From: Gordius albopunctatus
Taxonomy: Eukaryota
Direction of reading: 5' to 3'
Length of the DNA stretch: 64,000 bases
Assembly (NCBI GenBank): GCA_964276515.1
Contig: OZ193910.1
Location: forward strand, 2,914,001 to 2,978,000
Shown: piece after piece, positions 37,961 through 61,293 of the stretch
Numbering within the stretch: position 1 is the first letter of the stretch
How the letters are laid out: every line of letters begins with the position of its first letter
Translations under genes and position numbers: made by a program
The notes under the pieces: generated by a model
What the model was told of the DNA's origin: nothing
Databases searched by the model: none
The model's input: the letters and a program-made list of their open reading frames with translations, nothing else

Positions 37961-40900
37961 GATTAATTTGAATAATTAAACAAGAGCTAAGGTGGCTCGA
38001 GATTTTGAGCACCCTAGCGTCATTTGTTCCTGCCAAACGATTTCAAAAGTACAAATGAGTTTTCTATTACATTCTAATAGATTAAATTATGAGTTTTCTA
38101 GAAGTTTTAATCCTTCAACTAATAGTATACCTCCCAAATTTTGAACCGATTCTTATTCAAAAAAAAGCTGATCAGAAAAAGCTAATAAACAATTTAGACC
38201 CTAAAATGTGTTCAAAAATAAAGCTCTTTAAAAAAAAGCTTATCAGAAAAAAAGCTAATAAATCAATAGGAACATTTGGCTATTTCGACGTATAGTGCAT
38301 ACAATCTAATCTAATGTAAATTCAGGGATATTTGGCAATTTCTGCGTATATTGCAGAATATCTAATTGAGAATTTAAACGTATTCTCCCGCACTAAACTA
38401 AGGTAAAAACATTAAACTTTGTCACAAAAGGCCTTGTAATTCCTGAAAGAGGCCATTAATTAGATTATAAATAAAGTTATTTGTATATATATGCCAAAAT
38501 TGATATATTCTTAATTTAGAATTATGATTTAAAAGCCACAAGATAAAAAAATAATTATAAATAGCCCATTTTAAGACTAACATAACGTCTCTAAAATCAA
38601 AAATTTTCAAGTCACTTTGCCAGTCGTTAGCGGGGTTCCTTGTGGCCATAAATTCCCACAATATTCGACAGGCGTATCGTATCCAGGTAAAGGTAAATCG
38701 TAGATTATTAAATATAAGATTTATAATAAAACATACATAATATGAAATTGAATTAAATAGTATAATAAATTATTTCTTAGATAATTTTTGACATTTTATT
38801 TGCTTTACGGAAGCAAATGTGTGTGAATGATACTTTTGATGATAATAGCTATAAAAGATCCTATATCATATGTTGAATATATATTTTGAATATTCAACAA
38901 GTTTAAATTATATAAAAACCAATTTTATTTATTTAAATAAAAGATATAAGTTTTTAATTGCAATTTACATTATATTTTTGTTTTATATACCTATCATATT
39001 AATTTTATTAATCAACTAGAAGTTTTGATACATTATTATAAAAGTTATAGCAACATGATTGCTCTTAAATTAATCTAATGCAACGCTTCTATGTTTTATA
39101 ACCTTAAAGTGTTAACTTAATCTATTTAACCAATATATTTATTCCACTTAAAATTATTGGCCCTAATTAATGATTTATTAGATCAATTAGTCTATTGGTT
39201 AAGTGCAATACAATTTGGTTATTTGATTGCCATAGATCTTTATATATATGAAATTTGTTTATTTATTTGACATTAAAATGAAGATTTAAAGGGGATTAAT
39301 ATTGGAAGCAATAACCAATCAATATTTTCCAATAATTGTCCAGCCATTGATATCATCACTGTCCTTATCTAACTCTCACCCAACCGATCCCTACCCCTCT
39401 TCAAAGCATCACTCAAATTTCCAATAATCTATAATATATATACATTAGCATTTTAACATATTCATCTCCAAACTAATTTCTTCCTTTTAAATAGACCTTA
39501 TTTTATTTAAGCACAAAATGTCCTCTTGTCCTAAAGCCTTTTATTCAAAATTCTATAGGACTTATCGATAGTAATACTTATTCACTACAATTGTATGCTA
39601 ATATAGTCTCCTTTAAAATTACTTAATCTAGTTTCATGATGTAATCACAGGGCATAATTAGGAATTCATTAAATAGTCTTATTTTTAATATAAAACATTT
39701 TAAATGAATTTATTTGTACAAATCTTACTTTTTTATTAATTAATATATTTTTTTTGATTGATAACATGACAACTGAAATTTAATCCATAACATTTTTATA
39801 TATTTAATTGAAACTAAAATTAGTGAATTGACAGTAGTTTTAAAAACTATCTGGTAAATTTTGTCTCATTTTTTATATCTCTTTTCAACACAATTTTTAT
39901 TATAAATCTCATATTCACAATTTTACGATTATGTAGCTAAGATTCGAATTAGAGAAGTGGGGGCAATAATGATTTAGGAAGGGCAAAATAACAATTTTTT
40001 TAATTTTTGTTATAAATTGATAAAAATTTCAAGTTTTTTTTTTTGGGGGGGGGGCAGGCGCCCTACCCTATCACCCCCGCGGCTACGTCCATGTAAAAAT
40101 GTAATCTCCCTCTTCTCCCTTTATAGCTCTTGGCACGAGCAGTTTAATTGCTAGGCTTTCATCATAATACAACATACACACACACACACACTTTTAAAAT
40201 AAATACGTAAAAAACTTACTTTTTTCCTCTTTATAATATCTATAAATGTCGGTTTTATAATTGCTCGAAAGGTCATTTTTAATTATAACCCTCTACTAGG
40301 GGGTGGCTTCAACTATATGGCCCTTCTTGAACCCTGGGGAAAGGTTGTTATAAAATGATTGCTCAAAATGCGCGAAGAAAAAGAGAGTGAACCACCTATT
40401 ATGGAATTAATATTTTTTTACGCCAGAACTGTCATTTAATAACTTTAAATAACTTTTTTATTTATATTGCACATCGTGTTTAACCTTAATTTTTCATTTA
40501 TATCTTTTTTTGTTTCGCCGATTGACAATCAAAAATTTTCGCCAGTTTACACTTTATATATATATAACAAGTTTTTGCACTATTCTCAAGTAGATTTCTG
40601 AGCCCGAGGTTCGTATCTTTGTTTTTGATGTTAAAGCTTTTTTTCGAAGATAATACAGAGATATCAATTTTTAATTTTTTTAACACTAAAATGGGTTTAT
40701 TTCCACATAATTCTGTATGTTACATTAATTATAATTTTTTTAATATATTTAACAAAATTATGCTAAACTCTATTAAAACGCATTTTTTTGTTTTCCTTTA
40801 ATAATAATTCTAATCGTGCATTTAGGGTTTTATGGTTATATTTTTCAGAACTCTGATTACTAGCAATATGCAGTTTTCATTTTGGAATTTTTGCAATTAA

Positions 40901-41649
40901 TTTTTACGAGAGATAATGGGTGTAAAATTAAACGTTTTACAGATGGCAGCATATTTAAATGGGTCGACTTGCTTTTAGTTAATTGTGGTATAGCGCTAAT
41001 TTCGTAGAACAACCATACGTTTTCCGCAACCTGGTACCTAGTAGATGTCCCATTTACATTGATGATCCAAGGCAATTACCGTATTTTACAGATTTTATAA
41101 GAGGGGGGGGGGAACTCGAAAAACAGAAATTTAATTTAAAAAAAAGCTATTTTTTTGAATGAAAATCAATTTAAATTGGATTATAAACACTATATATAAT
41201 TTAATTCAAATGCCTTATTGTATTTCCCTGAAAATTTATGTGTTTTTTTTGGTATTAATTTAAATTGGGAAATCAGGGCGATGACTTAATTCTAATTTTT
41301 TCGCGAGAATGATTTAGTTACGCTTATTTCGGTTAAAATTAATTTATAAATAAATTAAACCCCATTAATATTAAAAAATATTTTTTTATTTTGATGCTGA
41401 CAAAATTAATTTTGTTACAAAAACTGCAAATTAAAAAAGTTCTACTTGTATTTAAAAAGGTAATAAAAACGTTTTTAGCTTACTTTTTAAGTAATTTCTT
41501 TTGCGGGTGGGTGTATGTTGTTAATTTGAAGGGGGGAAATTTTTAATATTTTACCAAAAGTTTCGTTTTTATTACTTCTACGATGTTTTACTTTAAATAA
41601 TATTTTAATTTCTAAAATAATTTTAAATTAAATATCGATTTTTTTTTGA

Positions 41650-41735
41650 CCGCGATGGACATCCTGATAACGTGACTATAGTGCTGACCAATAGCAAATT
41701 TTTGAGTCGCCTAGCGCATTCCCAGCATACAAAAA
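41650..41735 (+). promoter_or_regulatory. Candidate KLC promoter (CCAAT box and ZNF143/Staf-like site)
   Basis: CpG-containing patch ~110-190 bp upstream of the ATG with TGACCAATAG and GCATTCCCAGCATAC; motif match only. Confidence 0.35.
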
Positions 41736-41844
41736 TTACATTTTTATCGATTGGTTTCTCCCAGTTTTTACACAGCCCATTCCCCAAATTTCCTTCTCCT
41801 CAACACTTATTCTTTTTCGGTTTTAAATTTAATTTTTTGAAAAG

Positions 41845-52129
<10,285 letters not shown>

Positions 52130-52353
52130 TACAAACACACTCACTACCCATCCTCCCTCTACATAAATTATTTTTATATTTATAAAGTTCTCACTTAGCT
52201 AACGGGGGGGGGGCATTCAGGTTTTTTGTAGGAAAATTTTTGTTTTACCTAGCGCGCGGGGTTGAGGGCGATTATACCAAAAACAAATCATCGTAAATTC
52301 GTTTGCACCTCGCACTATATCTTCATACGCGTACACACATAAATGTATACTAG

Positions 52354-52491
52354 TAGTGTTTCAAAAACGCCTGGTTTTTGTTTGGTCGACTTAACTTAAA
52401 GAGACCAAAGTTTTTTAGTCGAAATTCGAAAACCAGACCAGGGTGGACCCTTAGTCATAGTTGACAAAACCCAGGCGTTTTTACGGCACTA
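52354..52491. mobile_element. hAT-like MITE (TAGTGTT..AAAAACGCCTGG family) downstream of the KLC stop
   Basis: TIRs TAGTGTTTCAAAAACGCCTGG / CCAGGCGTTTTTACGGCACTA; TSD not conserved. Confidence 0.65.
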
Positions 52492-53314
52492 ATATCGACA
52501 TTATTGATTTGTCAACTTTCCAAAGCGTCACAATGCATGAACTACATTACAGCCAAAAACCTATTTTTAATATGTCCATAGTAAATACATATACGTTTAT
52601 TTCGTGTTTCACAAAAATCAAGCTTTTTGTCGTGTAGAATTGGCAGAATTTATATTGTAAAATGTGTTTGGTGAAGCATGTGCGACGTTAAATAAAAGCC
52701 TTTTTGTGCGTGTGTTGTTGTAACTGTAAGTAATAATTATGGTGCGTTCTCTTGAGATTTATTTAAACAACAAATATATTCCTAGGTAACACCTACACTG
52801 AAATAGTGACTTGGGAGAAAAATGAAGTTTCATTACGGGGAGTCAGCTGGCTAACTAAGCTTCCAAAATAGCACATCTATAATATAATAATTAACTATTC
52901 GCTAATGTGATATATTTCGACGTGCTTCCGCGAAGCACAAGTTGTGCGTCATTTATAGAAAAATTTAACGAAAATACGCTATTCGATCAATGTAATAATA
53001 ATAATTTAACAATAAACCATACTAATTGGGTAACAACTAAGGCCATTAAAAATGGAACATCAAAAATAGATGAACAAAGAAACGATGGAATATGGAAAAG
53101 GGGGGAGTATTTGTTGGAAATGTAATATCTAAAAGTTGATAAGCAAAAAAGGTTTGTTGGTAATAAAAGATATAAATCCACAATTGACTCGGTAAAAAAA
53201 TACCATCATTAAGTTAGTGAGGGTCTCGTTGAAAAATTTTTAATTTTTCATGGGAAGTAATTTGTTTTGAGGAATACGACAAACAACCCTGCATTATATT
53301 GTATAAAAGCTCAT

Positions 53315-56300
53315 TCAAAAGTGAGTCGTCAAATTGAGTGGTTGATTCAAGAGATTATTCAAAGTTTTAACGTAAGAATCGCTCTCGAACAGAGGTTCTA
53401 GGGAAGCCAGCTGCCTTTCGTGGATCCAGTTTTTGCTTAGCATCAACTCTGCAAATATGGAGGCGACCGGGTCTTTCATGAATGTTAGCACGGCAGCTAC
53501 TAACTTATCCTAAAACATTAAATCGGCGTTAAACCTATATATAAATTATTGGATAGCGACTAAACATTTTAACTCGCTTTTCACTACACCTAACCAAAAT
53601 TAAATATTATTAAGTTCTTAATTTCAAGACCAAAATCAGGCTGGAAAAATATTTTGTTAATTGATCTTATCGTAGTAATCTATAGTGTTTAATATAAAAT
53701 TGGACATGAAATGTTGGTTTTAATGGCTTTAGCCGGTTTACACACCCAACTAGATTGGTTATTAGCGACAGTGTAAGGAACCAAGGTATATGTGTAACTC
53801 GACCAAAAGCCAAAATTGGCAATTAAAATTTCATATTTCGGTATCAACAACCTCAACCTAGATTTTTGCTGCATATAATGAATGATAAGAGTTATATGAA
53901 ACTCGCACAAAAAGCAACCAAGTGAGATACTTTTTAAAATACAGGAACGAGAGTTTTTTAATCCTCATTAAAGCTGCAAACATGTCCCTAAAACAAATCC
54001 AGAACTTATCAAAAATCACAGCAATGCCGTTTTCCATCAATTTAAGTTTGTGATGTTTTAGAAAGCTTATTTAAGGGGTTGTTGGCTGCTGGAATTTAAA
54101 TTTGTAAAAATTTGGTGCAACCTTCATGTAATATATCACAAATTTCCCTTTCTCCGTAGACCCGTGGATGATGGTGTTGTCGTGTGTTTCCACGTGTCCC
54201 ACGTAACGTAAACTCTTACCATATTGGGCCGTCCAAAAGTAGGGTACTGTATGCAGGGCAACTTTCTACAGTTTTTTAATGTTTAAAAACATGTAATAGA
54301 ACAATAAACAAGGGTATTAAATGAAGAATTTTAAGATTTGCTTTTTTCGCCCATCGTTTATCTTATAATTAAATAAGTTATTCGAAAAAATTATAAACAT
54401 AGGGGTAGCCAGGATTAAATGAAGGAGGCTCATACAAGACAATAGGTTTTTGTAATTTAAATCATAATTTCAGGAGATATTAAGTAATTTTTGGATTTAG
54501 TGGTGGCAGCCCCTCCTTGCCTATTTTTGCCTAGGCTATGATATGCAAATAAAATGTATTAAGCTTATATTAGGTAGATAATAATGAATATCAACAAGAA
54601 CAATATATTAAATTTTTTTTAAAAATTGCCCTCTCCGGGTATCGAACCAGCAATTAAGAACGTTGAACGGACGGACAACAAAAAGCGAGTCCATAAATTG
54701 CATAGCAATTAAAAATGTGTAATTAATAAGAGAAAAATGAATTATTTAAGGTGTAAACAAGGTTGGTTATCATAAGGCATATAAGTTAATAAGATGACAA
54801 ATTTGTACCATCCGTATTTAGTGTTTTAGCTATTCAAGTGTCCAACTTATTTTTTTCCATAGTTTTTATTTCGCTTTGATATTTTTTCTAAGTCCAAGAT
54901 GTAATAAGAACGGTGAGTAAATGGTGATGCATAAAATTTTATAAATAATTTTTTTACAATCGTGTGATAAATTACCTTGTCCAATAAATTGAGAGCCGCC
55001 ACTTGCCCGTGCTTCAAGGACATTTGCCAATGCTGTATGTTTACCTTTAAAAATTTATCGATCATTAATAGCCTTTGGTTACAGCCAAAATTTTCATTTC
55101 TATAGCTAGTGGAAACATAAATGAGTAATAGACCTATTGAATGGATATACCACTTTGCCCTGTTTGTTTTTAAATAAGTTGATTAGTATAAAAAACCTTT
55201 TACTTGTTAAATGTAAAAATTTTGGGATATAGTTACGAAAAAACTTAATTAAAAGCCTCGATTTTTAAAAAATTAATAATTATGCAAGGCTCGAATGTGA
55301 ACAAAACATGCAGCGAACTCCTAACTTATTAAAAAGTTGAAGGTAGTAGGGTATTAGAAAATCAAAAGTTAAAGCAGCATCTAAATTATAATTACAACTC
55401 GTTTATCAAAAAAAATCCGTAGGTTAAAAAATAAACTACACGTTTAGAAATCAAAAGGTACAAAGCTAATTGATATCATTCAAGATTAAATTTAACATGA
55501 CACGCATCTGGTCCGTCTAAATTATATTTTATTCAATATTTCACCATAACCTAGCAGTATTATTACCTCTACAGCAAATTTTAACGTTGAAATTTCCTCA
55601 AATACAAAAAATAAGGTCCAAACTTGCTTACTACACCAACATAAATTTTTAGCGAATTTCTGTCTAAAAATCATAAATAAATATCTCTTCAACTTTAAAA
55701 AAAACATTATCGAGTAAAACGTGGTTTAATTTACAGGATCGCGGCAATCCTTATATAGGAGGGGAAAGGCGACCACGTCTCCGCCCGCGTAAACGTTAGG
55801 CAGCCCTGTTTGCAGGTATTCGTCCGTGATGATAAAACCTGCAGGATTTAATTTGATCCCAGAGAAATCTTTGTACAAATCTTTGTTGGGCCTCACACCG
55901 AGCCCTAGCAAGCACACGTCGCAAGGGATGCTAAATAATTTGGTAGTTGTAAAAATTTATTACATAGCAAAAAGGCTGTTTTTTTAACACTCTAGAACAA
56001 GATCCATGGTTTTAAACGCAATAAAATAATATTTAACCTAGAGTCTGATATCACCCTGTCCAAAAATAATAATAGGAATCGCATAAACTCCTAGGTTACC
56101 CCGAGGCTTTTCAAACTCAACCGAATTTTAAATTATTTTCTAGAACAATGTTCAGTAAGGTATGAGTTCAAACCAATCTAAGGGCAGATAACATAGAAGC
56201 CGACGTCAGTATATACACTAGTGATGGGGAAACGCTTGCGCGCTTAGCACCTCCCTGCTGATGGGAATAGCCTATTAAATAAGCTATAGCTCTACTAACA

Positions 56301-59300
56301 CATAGTCACTTTAAGTGCTATAAGCTATGGGAGATGGGAGGTTTGAGGTGCTATGAGCTATAGGAGATGGGAGGTTTGAGGCGCTAAAGCTATAGCCGAT
56401 TGAAAAAGTATAATTTGAACTTGTGCGTACTTAATCATGTTATTGTATTTTAATATCTAATAAACAATTAAAAAATTATTCTCAATGTTAGCGCCGTGCT
56501 ATAGCTCTAGCGCATTTAAGTGCTATCGGCTATAGCTTTAGCGCTCAAACCTCCCACCTCCTATAGCTTATAATAGCACTTAAAGTGACAATGTGCTAGT
56601 AGACATAGCGGCATATGGTTGCTATGTGCTATAGCTCCTTAAAAACACTATTTCCCCATCACTAATATACACCATTATTGTCACTATTTCTTTTGCACGA
56701 AGCCGCACCATAGACAACATAGACTGCTCATCACGGTATAAAATGTGTGTGTGTTCTTCCGCCATTTTGATGAACACTACCGTCCTATATCACATAATGG
56801 CGTTTTGCGCTGTGCCGTTTTGTTCGAACAGGAGAGGTAAAGAAAAAAGGTTTTGATTCCATAAATAAGTAAGATATTACAAAATATATGATATTTTTAA
56901 AAAATATATTATTGACACATTTAATAAAAATTAAAAATGTAAAAACTGTAATGATATTAAAATTTTTTAAAAATATCATATATTTTGTTATATCTTACTT
57001 ATTTATGGAATCAAAACCTTTTTTCTTTACCTCTCCTGTTCGAACAAAACGGCACAGCGCAAAACGCCATTGCGTGATATAGGACGGTAGTGTTCATCAA
57101 AATGGAGGCAAATTTCACACACAATTTGCCATATGGAACATATGACATGGGCAGTCTATGTAGTCTATGAGCCGCACACGTACACAATAAGAAAATTAGG
57201 TTTATTTATAGTCTAGTCGGATTGATAGAGAAAGCGAGAGGTAAACGATTGCAAAATGTCGGACAACATGGGCAGACCACTGCACGGGCCGCCCGAAGTC
57301 CGACCCAGCCCAAGAAGGTTTCGGGCCGAGCTGGTGTCAAAGAAAAATCCATTTTGCAGGGTTTAAATCTAGGGCCCATAATCAACGCCACTTTTTTTAT
57401 TTTCCATCTCTTCTAAATAGTCCTTAATAATGGCCTATGTAGCGCGAAAATTGTAACCCTTTTCATACCGCTTTCTTTATCAATCCGACGACACTATTAT
57501 AATGAAACCAATTTTACTTTAAAAAATAAATGGAAAATTATTTCATAAACCAATATAAATTTTATGAAAATGGGTGATTATTTGGGTTTTACTCGTGCCC
57601 GTCGCTGAGGGTAACAGAAGACAAAATTCCATCTGCCCCCTTAAATTCGGCCACGGTAACGTTGGGGTAGAATTTGACCCCCTGTTCCTCGTGCATCTCT
57701 TTAACGAAATGTCCCAATTCCTTTCCCATCTTACTTTCGAAAGGAAGGTCCGACCGAGATACGACAGTAACGGATGCCACTTTCTTAACCAAAAATGAGG
57801 CCGCCTCCATACCTTTAATAAATGTTGTCAAAAACCTTAAATTTCAGAGAGGGGGGGGGCAAAGGGTAAGATATCCACCCCTCCGGACATGGACTGGACG
57901 TAGCCAAGGGGGGGGGCAGAAAGGGGCGGCTGCCCCCCTCTAAATCCAAAAATTTGTTAAATTTATTGGCTAAAATTTTACAAAATGATCATATTGCCCC
58001 TCCCTAAATCATTATTGCCCCCCCCCCTTATAATTCCCATTCTGGCGGCTACGCCCATGCCTCCGGATTTAAAGAAATAAATCGGATACCTCATTTTTCT
58101 AATGGAATATATGAAAATTTTCACTAATTACTATTTCTCACACCAATACATATTTAAATGTATGTAGGTTTTTTTAAAAATATTGTTAAATTTACTCCTC
58201 AAATCTTATGATGAGCGAACTCAAATTGATAATGTGGAAAGGGGGAAAATAAATATATCTTTAAGTTTTTTGCCTATTTCCATTGTTGCTAATTTTTTAG
58301 ACATATCTATCGCTCAAAATAGTATTAAATTTCGCAATTTCACGTCCTATATTGATAAGCGATTTTTACCGTGAACCCCATAACTTTGAACGAGATTCAA
58401 ATTTAGGTAAGGTTATGGATCCATGTAAATATCAAATGTTAATTTTTCGAAATTTCCAAAAATCCTTCCTTTTCAAGCAATTATTAAATTGTTGATGCAG
58501 GGGGTGGGGGGGCACAACTCCTTGCCGCTTCTATGAAAAACGGCAACATTACTTTGCTTGTAGCAACTAAGAAACGTTTCACTTTAACCCCGTGGTATGT
58601 TGGATAATATAGTTAATACGAATTAAACCTATGAAAGAATTCCCCACGATGACAACTCGAGATCCTGGTGTGATGCTTGACAATATGTTTTGAGCGTCGG
58701 AGAAAGTCCGTAGCAAAAAAACATTCTTCAAATCGGAACCCTTACACTGCGATCTATTGGGTGTAGTCCCGACGGCTAGCATTAATTTGTCGTACTATAA
58801 AAGAGTGTGGGCAAAAAACAGGTATAAATCTAAGGGCCCCAGCCCCACGCACTGATGCAAGTGCAAAATTTGAGTTAAAAATCAGTTTCGACAAATATCT
58901 TAGTTTTATATTGGAAAAAGCCGCAAAGGTTAATAGTAACAAGTTGTGGGTTAATTTTGATTTTTTAGTCGAAACTGTAAAGGTTTTGCCTACAAAGTAA
59001 GACCATCTATGAGATTAGTTATTTTTGATAATTTGACCCATTTTCTTCAATATGTTTTATGCCATTTTTCCTTTATCATTGTCATATTTCAGGAGTTTGA
59101 ACGAATAAACATTAAATTAAAACAAAAAATTGGATATAAAGCCCTATAGATTAGTGTTGTAAGAAACGGCTGGATATTTTTTGTCGACCTTTGGTTTTAC
59201 TCGTCAACTTATGGTCTGATTTTATTGGGCGACCGATAGGCTTAGCCTAAATTTATAAAACAGGCTAGAGTCATTCCTACAAGGGAAAATATTTATTCGC

Positions 59301-61293
59301 CATCAACTAGGATTTGGAGCTAAATCTCATCCCATTACTTCTTGGTTAAACTGGACTTTGCCGATGCATTTAATTCAATTTTTAGGGAAACGGGCATAAC
59401 ACCATCCTTAGGGAATACCCGTACATCCTTCGAATTACCTTACAAGTGATTACGGTTATAGATACCTTTATCGGATCCGCTTCAAAAATTCTACGACGTG
59501 GCACCTTAGGTCCACCCCTATTTTTCCTAGCCATAAAAAAACCTAATCCAATCAGTTTAGATGATCCCACCACCTTGCTTTAATAATAATCTTAAGACCC
59601 GAACCTGAAAATGCAAAAAAGTTCAAAAGGGTGAAAAACCTTTGGTCTATCTGTGCGAATAAGAAAAACAAACTAAAAAATCGTTGGCTAGCCCCGTTTT
59701 TACAACACTACTCTACTAACCCTGTGTTGAAAGGGAAAATGCCACCCGATGGCTCTACTCTCATCCCATGGCAAAATGGTGGACTCCTTAATTGAGATTT
59801 TACCTGCATTGACATTTTTGTTCCACCCTAACCCTAACAGAGGACAGCAAAATATAAGGCCCTTTTCCCATCAACATTTACATCACTATACACGTTTATT
59901 TGAAAAAATTATTATCAGGGGCTATCAGGGTTTCAAAATATTTTATTAAGCTTTTTCTTACAACAGAAATTAGTATCTAAGTGCAAAGTTTAATTTTAAA
60001 ATCTTTTGTTAATTGACCATTAAATGCTTTCGAGTTCTTATATATATGTCATGATGATCACTTTTATCTGCTTTTTATATTTTATACCTCTTAGTTTAAG
60101 TAACACTTTAACTAGAGAAAACCCAGTTTTACCATTTAAAAAATGATAATTGATGACTAGTTATGTGTTAATTTAACTTGAGATAACTCAATTTTACAAT
60201 TTAAAAAATATGACAAATTATGTGTTAAATTCCTTATTTTAATCAAAATGGTAAAGGGTTTTGTCTGATTTAAAATGGGATATTAAAACATACCCTAATA
60301 CATACACTCCAAAACAATATATAATGTAGGGGTTCAGCCTATAAGTTATAGATGATTATAGAATGAACTAAGATTAAATTAAAAATATGTTATAACCCTA
60401 CAGTAAAGTACTTTTTATAATACATCAAATATAAATTTTGCCATCTTACTTTTATTTTTTGATTTTTCATAATGATAATATTCTGATAAAAATCAATGGT
60501 TTGGACCAAAGTGTCTAAATACAGTTCTATGTTGTTTTTTAGAAAAAAATCCATGTCTCTCAGTTTTATTGAGTCAAAATTGGAATCCATAGCTTTGCTC
60601 AACTTGGTTCTATCATAAGGAACATATTTATCTTTGGAAATCAATTTAATCTTCCCCTGATATCCCTATATAAAAATTATTATCAGAATATTTTATTCCA
60701 ACTTCTTTTCTTAATGCTTCTGCACATTCTTGAGAACAAGGACCCCCACCAATGATCACAATAACATTATCACTAATTATCCCTCTACTAATTGAAGTTT
60801 TGTCAATTCCTTTCGAAATCCTGTATTTTGTCCCATATAACATTTCAACCTAATATACTATAAATTAAATATATAAGTTATACCTTAAAACTGTGTAGAG
60901 CATCTAATCCTGGAAATTCTTCTATATCACCACTCTGTATATTAAAACATGCTCCATGCCAAGGACATCTTAGAGTATTACCATGCAAAACACCATTTAC
61001 TAGAGGTGCACCATAATGAGTACATCTATGTCCCAATGCATACACTTTTTCATTCTTCTTAATAACCAGGCATTTTTCATTGTTATCAAATGTAAGCTAC
61101 AAAATACATAAAAATATTTAACAATATACTTCTTTCATTTCATTTGATTTGAGATCCTGCAAATCAAACTCTTGGGAAAAATTACTAAGAGCCATTTTAA
61201 CAGAGTTGCTAATGTAAGAATGCGTTCTCTGTAAAAAATCAAATACACCCTTAAGGCTTTTGTTCAAACCTTAAATGTGGCCTTAAGGATCAT
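53315..61293 (-). CDS. AIFM3: Apoptosis-inducing factor 3-like Rieske [2Fe-2S] / FAD-NAD oxidoreductase (~562 aa, 11 exons)
   Basis: Exons 61293-61270, 61228-61130, 61096-60884, 60849-60703, 60665-60450, 58794-58629, 57812-57593, 55930-55735, 55044-54976, 54265-54122, 53509-53315 (1689 nt, open). Rieske ligands CTHYGAPL..RCPWHGACF; IIGGGP, PYDRTKLSK, VIVGNSFIGMEAA, VYAGGDV, NIQHWQ, VPYFWT. Confidence 0.93.
54575..54715 (+). mobile_element. Short copy of the HINE-like element seen at 28882-29736
   Basis: AACAAGAACAATATATTAA..TGCCCTCTCCGGGTATCGAACC..CGGACGGACAAC..CATAAATTGCATAGCAATTAAAA. Confidence 0.7.
56219..56664. mobile_element. hAT MITE related to family D
   Basis: TIRs TAGTGATGGGGAAA / TTTCCCCATCACTA, perfect TSD ATATACAC, GCTATAGC subterminal repeats. 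Confidence 0.9.
56709..57169. mobile_element. Foldback MITE with CATAGA termini (P-element superfamily-like)
   Basis: CATAGACAACATAGACTGC / GCAGTCTATGTAGTCTATG termini, perfect 8-bp TSD AGCCGCAC, internal near-perfect inverted repeat ~56762-56902 / ~56963-57105. Confidence 0.85.
57209..57496. mobile_element. MITE with ~28-bp TIRs and TTA flanks (PIF/Harbinger-like, tentative)
   Basis: TAGTCTAGTCGGATTGATAGAGAAAGCG / CGCTTTCTTTATCAATCCGACGACACTA, with TTA on both sides. Confidence 0.7.
57888..58059. mobile_element. MITE family C copy (AIFM3 intron)
   Basis: CATGG..GCCCATG termini, perfect TSD CCTCCGGA. Confidence 0.9.
59152..59710. mobile_element. hAT-like non-autonomous element
   Basis: TIRs TAGTGTTGTAAGAAACGG / CCGTTTTTACAACACTA; TSD degenerate. 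Confidence 0.65.

Noticed and set aside
56785..57082. Two near-identical ORFs on opposite strands
   Set aside because: Artefact of the palindromic foldback element.
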